From: Bacillota bacterium
GTDB lineage: Bacteria; Bacillota; Sulfobacillia; RBS10-35
Length of the DNA stretch: 25,180 nt
Direction: 5' to 3'
NCBI GenBank assembly: GCA_029960865.1
Contig: JASBVX010000001.1
Span: forward strand, 1 to 25,180
Shown: positions 15,777 to 22,439 of the stretch, in pieces
Layout: each line of letters starts with the position of its first letter
Numbering within the stretch: the first letter of the stretch is position 1
Program-made: the position numbers and the translations under genes
Notes under the pieces: model-generated
Seen by the model: only the letters and a program-made list of their open reading frames with translations
Databases searched by the model: none
What the model was told of the DNA's origin: nothing

Positions 15777-16885
15777 AGGAAGAAATCCTTTTGCTAACCG
15801 CCTGCCGGGGTCGCCGGGAAGCCTATCTAGCCGGCACCCTGGCCCGCCTGCAGGCCCTTGGCGTGGAGGAAGTGGGGAAAAGTCCTTACTTTCACCAGCC
15901 CCAGGGGCCCCTTCCCTCGCTCCAGGTTCTGGTGCAGGTGCGATGGCCTTTCCCTGACGTGCAGCCTTATCTCCGCGAGGCGGCCGCTTTTTTCAGCGGG
16001 GAAGGGGAGGAGGTGGCGCCGGTGGCGGCAACGGTAGCTCCCCTTGAGGCGGGAGAGGTGCTTTTGGGGGCCACCTACCAGGGCCCCCCCTGGTCCTGGC
16101 CCGCCGATCGCTTCGACCCTTTCGTCCTGGCGGACCTGTCTCGAGGTCCTTTGGGCACAGCCTGGCGGGTGTTGGAGCGAGTCGACACCACCATTTTGGA
16201 AGCCCGGCGCTGGGCTGAGGACGGCGCTCCCCACGGGGCGGTGGTGGTGGCGGAAGAGCAGACCCAGGGGAGGGGCCGGGGGGAGCGCACTTGGACCCTG
16301 CCCCCCGGCAGGGGCATTGCCGCGACGGTGATCCTGCGCCACCTGCCGCCCTTGGCCAGCCTGTCTCTCTTGCCCCTGGCGGGGGCGGTGGCGGTGGCCA
16401 TGGCCCTGGAGAAGGAGCTGGCCCTGCGCCCGCGCCTCAAATGGCCCAACGATGTCTGGCTCAATGGCCGCAAGGTGGCCGGGCTTCTGGGGGAAGTGCT
16501 GGGAAGCCTTAGCGCCGCCACCGTCAGCGCCGGCATCGATGTCAACTGGCCGGTGGCGAAAATGCCTTCCGAGCTTCAGGGACGGGCCACTTCCCTCCTG
16601 CACGAATGGGGAGGGCCTGTCAGCCGCCCTCTGATCTTGGCAGCTTACCTGCGGCACCTGGGGGAGATGTGGCAGGAGATCCACCGCGGCGGGGAGAGGG
16701 TGCTGCAGGAGTTTCGCCAGCGCGCCCTATTCCTGGGCGAGAAGATCGAAGTCAGGCACGGGGAGGAGACCCTCACAGGAACGATGCAGGACATCGGGCA
16801 AGATGGTTCCCTCATCCTGGAGACGGCCCATGGCCTGCGCCGCCTCTATGCCGGCGACGTCACCTTCGATCTCAGCGGACGATGA
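15773..16885 (+). CDS. birA: Biotin--protein ligase (BirA/BPL) with an atypical ~125-aa N-terminal region
   Basis: AEEQTQGRGRGERTW, LKWPNDVWLNGRKVAGLLGE, and C-terminal G..QDIGQDGSLIL...LYAGDV. The N-terminus lacks an intact wHTH recognition helix (no SRxAVWK). ATGA overlap with the upstream gene. Confidence 0.85.
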   Translation: MKEEILLLTACRGRREAYLAGTLARLQALGVEEVGKSPYFHQPQGPLPSLQVLVQVRWPFPDVQPYLREAAAFFSGEGEEVAPVAATVAPLEAGEVLLGATYQGPPWSWPADRFDPFVLADLSRGPLGTAWRVLERVDTTILEARRWAEDGAPHGAVVVAEEQTQGRGRGERTWTLPPGRGIAATVILRHLPPLASLSLLPLAGAVAVAMALEKELALRPRLKWPNDVWLNGRKVAGLLGEVLGSLSAATVSAGIDVNWPVAKMPSELQGRATSLLHEWGGPVSRPLILAAYLRHLGEMWQEIHRGGERVLQEFRQRALFLGEKIEVRHGEETLTGTMQDIGQDGSLILETAHGLRRLYAGDVTFDLSGR

Positions 16886-17726
16886 GATTGTCGATAAGGC
16901 GGGCTTTGCCAAACCAGGCGGCTCCCAGAAGGGCCACGGGGAGGCGAATGGCGGCCGGGACCAGGAGCGTCTCCGGTGCCACCACCGTCACATAATCCAG
17001 CCGGCACAGGGGCTCTTTGGAAAGAAAGGACTCCATCTGCCAAATCACGGCCTGAGGGTCCCGCTCGCCCTGGCGGATGAGCTCTTCGCCCAGGCGCAGG
17101 GACTGGTAAAGACGGGGAGCAGCTTGCCGTTCCTGAGGGGAAAGATAGGCATTGCGGGATGACAGGGCCAGGCCGTCTGCTTCCCGCACCGTGGGCAGGA
17201 CCCGTATGGTGACGGGCAGCGCCAGGTCCCGCACCAGGGTTTGGATGACGAGGGCCTGCTGGTAGTCTTTCTGGCCGAAGTAGGCCGTATCGGGCTGCAC
17301 CAGGTGGAAGAGCTTCACCACGACGGTGGCGACGCCCTCGAAGTGGCCGGGCCGGCTGGCTCCCTCCCATATGGAGCTGAGGCCTTCCACCTGCACCCTT
17401 GTCCGTTGGAGGCTTCCTGGGATCCGTCCTACGGAAGGGTACATCTCTTCGTCGTCGGGGGTGAAAAGGAGATCCACCCCTTCCCGTTCCGCCAGGAGGC
17501 GATCCCTTTCGGCATCGCGGGGATAGCGGGCGAGATCTTCCTGTGGGCCAAACTGCAAGGGATTGACGTAAAGGCTCACCACGGTGCTGCGGTTTTCCCG
17601 GCGGGAGGCCCGCATCAAGGAGAGGTGGCCTTCGTGGAAGTACCCCATGGTAGGGACGAAGCCCAAGGGGCGAGGGAGGACCGCCAAGGCGGCCTGCAAT
17701 TCCTCACGGGAGCGGATGATCTTCAT
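16872..17726 (-). CDS. panC: Pantoate--beta-alanine ligase
   Basis: GFVPTMGYFHEGHLSL, VSLYVNPLQFGPQEDL, SRPGHFEGVATVV.KLF, YFGQKDYQQ, VREADGLALSSRN, RLIDN. Start ATG 17726 (GGAGG), with ATGA overlap with panB. Confidence 0.97.
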   Translation of the reverse strand: MKIIRSREELQAALAVLPRPLGFVPTMGYFHEGHLSLMRASRRENRSTVVSLYVNPLQFGPQEDLARYPRDAERDRLLAEREGVDLLFTPDDEEMYPSVGRIPGSLQRTRVQVEGLSSIWEGASRPGHFEGVATVVVKLFHLVQPDTAYFGQKDYQQALVIQTLVRDLALPVTIRVLPTVREADGLALSSRNAYLSPQERQAAPRLYQSLRLGEELIRQGERDPQAVIWQMESFLSKEPLCRLDYVTVVAPETLLVPAAIRLPVALLGAAWFGKARLIDNLIVR

Positions 17727-18571
17727 TTTTCCTCCAGGGCCTTTTGCAGGGCTGCCCACGTCTCTGCGCTCAGGTTGTATTGGTGGGCCGGCTCGGGATA
17801 ACGACCTTCCCGAATATCGGCCCCAAAGGCCGCCACCGCCTGGCGGATGTCCTCTCCCACATTGGCATAGCGCTTTACGAACTTGGCGGGCTTCCCGAAG
17901 CTGAGGCCGATGAGGTCGTGGATCACCAGGACCTGGCCGTCGCAGCGGGGACCGGCACCGATGCCGATGGTGGGGATCTCCAATCTTTCGGTGATGGCCT
18001 GGGCCAGCTGCCAGGGGACCGCCTCCAGCACCAGGCTGTAAATGCCCGCTTCCTGGAGAGCCAGGGCATCCTCCACAAGTTCCTCCGCCTCGGCGAGGCT
18101 TCGTCCCTGGACCCGGTAACCACCCAGCTGGTGGACCGACTGGGGGGTAAGGCCGATATGACCCATGACGGGAATCCCGTTTTCCACCAGCTTCTTCACG
18201 GTGGGGACCAAGTGTTTCCCCCCTTCCATCTTCACCGACTGGGCTCCTCCCTTCCGGATGAGGCGACCTGCATTCCGGAGGGCTTCTTCCGGGGAGATCT
18301 GAAAGGAAAGAAAGGGCATGTCACACACGATGTGGGCCTCCCCTGGAGCCCGGCAGACGGCGGCACAGGCCCGCACCATATCGTCCATATCCACAGACGT
18401 GGTGGCTTCATACCCCAGCACCACGTTGCCCAGGCTGTCCCCCACCAGGAGGATGTCGGCGCCGCCTTCCTGCGCCAGACGGCTCAAGGGATAGTCGTAG
18501 GCGGTCACCATGACGATGGGCTGGCCCTTTTGCTTCATGTCCTTGATGTCGGTCACCGTTTTCCGGCTCAT
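17723..18571 (-). CDS. panB: 3-methyl-2-oxobutanoate hydroxymethyltransferase
   Basis: MVTAYDY, LLVGDSLGNVVLG, DMPFLS, VKMEGG, MGHIGLTPQSV, VLEAVP, IPTIGIGAG..CDGQVLV.HD. The start is ATG 18571; the ORF-track extension to 19006 overlaps the upstream gene. Confidence 0.97.
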   Translation of the reverse strand: MSRKTVTDIKDMKQKGQPIVMVTAYDYPLSRLAQEGGADILLVGDSLGNVVLGYEATTSVDMDDMVRACAAVCRAPGEAHIVCDMPFLSFQISPEEALRNAGRLIRKGGAQSVKMEGGKHLVPTVKKLVENGIPVMGHIGLTPQSVHQLGGYRVQGRSLAEAEELVEDALALQEAGIYSLVLEAVPWQLAQAITERLEIPTIGIGAGPRCDGQVLVIHDLIGLSFGKPAKFVKRYANVGEDIRQAVAAFGADIREGRYPEPAHQYNLSAETWAALQKALEEK

Positions 18572-19449
18572 GGCAGGGCTCCTTTCCCCAGGGACGTATC
18601 CAGCAGTTTGCTGATGGCCTCCAAGGCTTCCGGCGGCGCCGCCCCCCGCTGGCGGGCCAGGGGCAGGGTTGCCTGGGCGAGGGTCCGGTAGAGAGGCAAA
18701 AGCTCCGGCGCCTGGCCCGTCAGGGCCCGCAGGTGGGCCTGGATGGTCGTCACTTCTCCCCGCTGAATGGGCCCTGTGAGGGCGGCGGCCGGTCCCAGAC
18801 GGCGCGCCTGGCGGATGGCAGTCTCCGATAGGTGGGTAAGGGGCGGGAAAACCTCCTCTACGGGAAGGTCCAGCTTGCGCAGAAGGCTCTCCGCCGCTCC
18901 CAGAAGGGTCACCATGGAATTGCTGGCCAGGACGGCGGCAGCATGGTAGAGGGGTTTTTGCTCTGTCCGCAGGCGGCGGTGGGGCGCCTGCCAGTGATCC
19001 AGCCAAGCTTCCACCACTTGGATGGCTTCGTCGTCCCCCTCCAGGGCAAAAAAGACTTCCTGAAGGGTCAGGCGCTCATCGCTGGCAAAAGGGTAAAGGG
19101 GGTGGACCGACGCCACGGGAATCTTCTGTTCGTGGGCTTTTTGCAGGGCATGGGCGGGATGGGCCCCGCTGGTATGGGTGGCGAGTTGGGCTCCCCTGTA
19201 GGCTCCCTTTTGAGCCAGGAGGTCATCGACGGCAGGAATGACATCATCTTTCACGGCTAGGAACCACCAATCGACGGTGGGAAAGGATTCGTCCCACGTC
19301 AGGGCCTGGGCGGAGGGCAGGAAGGCGGTGAGGCGCAGGGCCTTTTCTTTGGAGCGGCTGATGACGGCCACCACCTTATCCTGCCGATCCAGCCATGGGG
19401 CCAGACCTTCCGCAACCCGGCCGCTCCCGACAACGGCCACCCGCACCAA
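18568..19449 (-). CDS. Rossmann-like + DUF2520 protein, probable ketopantoate reductase (PanG type)
   Basis: VAVVGSGRVA Rossmann motif, AVKDD, HTSGA, SVHPL, KPLYHAAAVLASN, ALTGPIQRG. First gene of the panB-panC operon, with AAGGAGG RBS (TTG 19449 or GTG 19446). Confidence 0.85.
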   Translation of the reverse strand: MVRVAVVGSGRVAEGLAPWLDRQDKVVAVISRSKEKALRLTAFLPSAQALTWDESFPTVDWWFLAVKDDVIPAVDDLLAQKGAYRGAQLATHTSGAHPAHALQKAHEQKIPVASVHPLYPFASDERLTLQEVFFALEGDDEAIQVVEAWLDHWQAPHRRLRTEQKPLYHAAAVLASNSMVTLLGAAESLLRKLDLPVEEVFPPLTHLSETAIRQARRLGPAAALTGPIQRGEVTTIQAHLRALTGQAPELLPLYRTLAQATLPLARQRGAAPPEALEAISKLLDTSLGKGALP

Positions 19450-19545
19450 AAACCCTCCTTTAATGGGAAGAGTAGACTAAAGGGAACGCCCTCCTCAAGG
19501 AAAACCGCGTTGTGGCACCATGCCTATAGGCGGGAGGAATCGGAC
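19450..19545. promoter_or_regulatory. Divergent control region between the pan operon and coaX
   Basis: 96-bp spacer containing the inverted repeat CCTTTA-N15-TAAAGG (19457-19483), which overlaps the pan RBS. It also has -10-like TAGACT (+) and TAGTCT (-) overlapping at 19473-19479, and the palindrome GCCTATAGGC at 19522-19531. Confidence 0.4.
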
Positions 19546-20316
19546 GTGTCCTTGATGGTGCTGGACATCGGCAACAGCCAGACGGTCATCGGCGTGTACG
19601 AAGGGGAAAGGCTCCTGGAGCACTGGCGCATCTCCACCCACCGGGATTGGACGGCGGATGAACATTATGCCCTGCTCCATTCCCTCCTTTTGGGCAATCA
19701 TCTGTCCTTGGCGGATATTGAGGGAGCGGCCCTGGTGTCGGTGGTGCCGCCGGCCACCCAGTCCTGGGAAGAGCTTTTTCGCCACCGGTTAGGCATTGAA
19801 CCCTACGCCGTCGATTCAACGGCAGATTTGGGCATCGCCATCGCCGTGGACCATCCGCGGGAGGTGGGAGCCGATCGGCTGGCCAACGCGGTGGCGGCCA
19901 TGGCCAAGTATGGGGCACCTGCCATCGTGGTCGATTTCGGGACAGCCACCACCTTCGATGTCGTTTCCGCCACGGGTGCCTTCATCGGAGGCGCCATCGC
20001 TCCCGGCGTCCTTATCGCCAGCGAAGCCCTTTTCTTGCGCACGGCGCAGCTCCCCCGTATCGCCTTGACGCAGCCGCTGCGGGTCATCGGGCGCAATACC
20101 CTGGAGACGATGCAGTCGGGCATCGTCTATGGTTTTGCCGGCCAGGTGGACGGGCTGGTGCGGCGGATCAAAGGGGAGCTGGGGGGAGAGCCGGCTGTCA
20201 TCGCCACGGGAGGCCTCGCCCCCCTCATGGCAGAAGTCTCCGAGACCATCCAGAAGGTGGATCTCTTCCTCACCCTCGATGGGGTGAGGATGATATATAG
20301 TCGTAAATACCCATAG
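19546..20316 (+). CDS. coaX: Type III pantothenate kinase
   Basis: VLDIGNSQT, SVVP, EVGADRLANAVAA, IVVDFGTATTFD, GGAIAPG, TAQLP, MQSG, VIATGGLA, LTLDG. The start is GTG 19546 (GGAGG 8 nt upstream). Confidence 0.96.
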   Translation: MSLMVLDIGNSQTVIGVYEGERLLEHWRISTHRDWTADEHYALLHSLLLGNHLSLADIEGAALVSVVPPATQSWEELFRHRLGIEPYAVDSTADLGIAIAVDHPREVGADRLANAVAAMAKYGAPAIVVDFGTATTFDVVSATGAFIGGAIAPGVLIASEALFLRTAQLPRIALTQPLRVIGRNTLETMQSGIVYGFAGQVDGLVRRIKGELGGEPAVIATGGLAPLMAEVSETIQKVDLFLTLDGVRMIYSRKYP

Positions 20317-20341
20317 TGCTGGAGAAAGAGGAGGCGGCGCC

Positions 20342-20746
20342 ATGGTGAAGATGCGGGTCCTCAGCATCGGTCACGTGGAGGCGACGAAAGAAAATGTCCT
20401 TCTCCTACAGGAAGAGGAAGGGGAGCGGGTGCTGCCTTTGGTGATCGGTCTTTGCGAGGCCATGTCCATCGCCCTTGGCGTGGAAGGGGGCATGCCGCGA
20501 CCTGCTACCCACGATCTCCTTGCAGAAACCATCCGGCGTCTGGGGGGCCGCCTGCTGCAGGTGGTCATCCACGATGTCAGGGAAAATACTTTCATCGCCC
20601 AGCTGGAAATTGAAACAAGCCAGGGTATTATGGAAATTGATTGCCGTCCCAGCGACGGGGTGGCCTTGGCTGTGCGGGCCCAGGTTCCCGTGTTGGTGAC
20701 GGAAGAAGTCCTGGAAGGCTCCGCCGTCTTCCCCGACGAAGATTAG
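20342..20746 (+). CDS. Bifunctional nuclease family protein (DUF151)
   Basis: LPLVIGLCEAMSI, PRPATHDLL, TFIAQL, IDCRPSDGVALA. Confidence 0.9.
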   Translation: MVKMRVLSIGHVEATKENVLLLQEEEGERVLPLVIGLCEAMSIALGVEGGMPRPATHDLLAETIRRLGGRLLQVVIHDVRENTFIAQLEIETSQGIMEIDCRPSDGVALAVRAQVPVLVTEEVLEGSAVFPDED

Positions 20747-20767
20747 GCGGGCAGGAAGGAGCCGATG

Positions 20768-21862
20768 ATGGCAGGCCATTTTGGCTTTTTGCTCCATCCC
20801 CTCGAAGTCTCGGACGTTTATCGCAAGATTCCGGCCGCCAAGAAAGTTCCGCCCCGCTGGTTGGAGGCCGTGATGCCTTATGCTCCGGTCATCTACACCT
20901 CCCACATCACCGGGGTGCGCTCCCCCTACAACGAGGCGGAGGGCCACTTTGTCTCGGTGCCTCTCACGCCCCGCCTGATGATGTCCCTTCCTGAAGAGAA
21001 GGTCCTCCCCAAACTGATCCAAGCCGCCAAGGTGGCGGAAAAGAAAGGTGCCCGGATCATCGGCCTCGGGGCCTACAACGCCATTGTGGCGGGGGCCGGC
21101 GTCGAGCTGGCTCAGGCCCTTGATATCGGTGTCACCACCGGCAACAGCTACACCGCCGCCACCGCAGTGGAGGGGGCCCTTTTGGGGGCGCAGGAGATGG
21201 GCATCGACCCTGAAGGGGCCCAGGTGGCGGTGGTGGGTGCCACGGGATCGGTGGGGCGGGTGGCGGCCATCCTGCTGGCGCGGCAGGTCAAAAATCTCCT
21301 CCTGGTGGGAAGGGATGGAGCTCGTCTCCAGACCCTGGCGGAAGAAGTCCAGCGCCTGACGGGCCTCCAGCCCCGGATTTCCACCGACCTCCATGCCTCC
21401 CTCATCGTCTCCGACGTCATCATCACCGTGTCCAACGCCGTGGGGGCCATCATCCAGCCGGAGGACCTCAAGACGGGTGCAGTGGTCTGCGACATTGCCC
21501 GCCCTCGGGATGTGTCCCGGCAGGTGGCGGAGGTGCGCAAGGATGTCCTGGTCATCGAAGGGGGTGTGGTGGATGTGCCCGGCGAGGTGGACTTCCACTT
21601 CAACTTTGGCTTGCCCCCCCGCCAGGCGCTGGCCTGCATGGCGGAGACCATGATCCTGGCCTTGGAAGAGCGCTACGACGATTTCACCCTGGGGAAGGAG
21701 TATTCCCTGGAGAAGGTGGAAGAGATCATCCGTCTAGCCAAAAAGCACGGCTTCAAGGTGGGAGGCCTCAGGAGCTTTGAGCGGGCCCTTTCCCCCGATG
21801 AGCTGGAATCCATCCGGGAGCATGCCCGCCGGCGGCGGGCTCAGGGGGCGGCGGGCGATTAA
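20768..21862 (+). CDS. NAD(P)-dependent reductase related to cyanobacterial acyl-ACP reductase (COG5322-like; such proteins are often auto-annotated as shikimate dehydrogenase-like)
   Basis: N-terminal FGFLLHP, IIGLGAY, VTTGNSYTA, VAVVGATGSVG, VVCDIARPRDV, LACMAETMILALE, and EKVEEI..LA.KHGF. The start is ATG 20768 (AAGGAG spacing 6) or 20765. Confidence 0.75.
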   Translation: MAGHFGFLLHPLEVSDVYRKIPAAKKVPPRWLEAVMPYAPVIYTSHITGVRSPYNEAEGHFVSVPLTPRLMMSLPEEKVLPKLIQAAKVAEKKGARIIGLGAYNAIVAGAGVELAQALDIGVTTGNSYTAATAVEGALLGAQEMGIDPEGAQVAVVGATGSVGRVAAILLARQVKNLLLVGRDGARLQTLAEEVQRLTGLQPRISTDLHASLIVSDVIITVSNAVGAIIQPEDLKTGAVVCDIARPRDVSRQVAEVRKDVLVIEGGVVDVPGEVDFHFNFGLPPRQALACMAETMILALEERYDDFTLGKEYSLEKVEEIIRLAKKHGFKVGGLRSFERALSPDELESIREHARRRRAQGAAGD

Positions 21863-21866
21863 GTTC

Positions 21867-21895
21867 TTGACACCCTGGAAATGCCTTTCTATAAT
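21867..21895 (+). promoter_or_regulatory. Consensus sigma-A promoter for greA-lysS
   Basis: TTGACA (21867-21872), a 17-bp spacer and TATAAT (21890-21895): a perfect match to consensus. Confidence 0.92.
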
Positions 21896-21909
21896 CTTCG
21901 AGACTTTCC

Positions 21910-21929
21910 GGCGGCCCGCAAGGGTCGTC
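21910..21929 (+). promoter_or_regulatory. GNRA-capped hairpin in the greA 5' leader
   Basis: GGCGGCCC-GCAA-GGGTCGTC forms an 8-bp stem with two G-U pairs, followed by CCTTTGTCT. AGAC (21901-21904) and GTCT (21935-21938) can form an outer stem. Confidence 0.45.
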
Positions 21930-21952
21930 CCTTTGTCTGAGGAGAGATGACC

Positions 21953-22438
21953 ATGGATCAGACGAATCCCAACGAGCTGCTCCTGACCCAGGAGGGTTTG
22001 CGCAAACTCGAAGAGGAGCTGGAATACCTCAAGACGGTGCGGCGCCGCGAGGTGGCGGAGCGGATCAAGATCGCCCGGGACTTCGGGGACATTTCCGAAA
22101 ACTCGGAATATGAGGAAGCCAAGAACGAGCAGGCCTTTGTGGAGGGCCGCATCGCGGCTCTGGAAAAGGCCCTGCGCAATGCCCGGGTGGTGGCCGAGGA
22201 AGAGGTCAACCCCGAACAGGTGAACGTGGGCACCACAGTAGTCTTGCGGGATGTGCAGACAGGCGAGGAATTCCGCTACAACATCGTGGGGAGCCATGAG
22301 GCCGATCCTTCTCGCCAGCGCATCTCCTACCAGTCGCCGGTGGGAAAGGCCATCTTCGGGCGCCGGGCCGGCGAAACGGTGGATGTGCGCCTCCCGGACG
22401 GCGTCGTGCAGTACGAGATCGTGAAAGTGGAGCGCTGA
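21953..22438 (+). CDS. greA: Transcription elongation factor GreA
   Basis: LTQEG..KLEEELEYLK, ARDFGDISENSEYEEAKNEQ (acidic catalytic pair), ISYQSPVGKAI.G. The start is ATG 21953 (GAGGAG spacing 8); ATG 21947 is an alternative. Confidence 0.98.
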   Translation: MDQTNPNELLLTQEGLRKLEEELEYLKTVRRREVAERIKIARDFGDISENSEYEEAKNEQAFVEGRIAALEKALRNARVVAEEEVNPEQVNVGTTVVLRDVQTGEEFRYNIVGSHEADPSRQRISYQSPVGKAIFGRRAGETVDVRLPDGVVQYEIVKVER

Positions 22439-22439
22439 C

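Noticed and set aside
18572-19006. N-terminal extension of panB in the ORF track
   Set aside because: It overlaps the DUF2520 gene; PanB homology begins at ATG 18571.
20291-20316. AT-rich patch with TATAGT at the coaX 3' end as an internal promoter
   Set aside because: No -35 or TG extension at the proper spacing; insufficient support.
21896-22439. T-box or lysine riboswitch controlling lysS
   Set aside because: The leader is too short and has no T-box or L-box motif; lysS follows greA after 1 nt.
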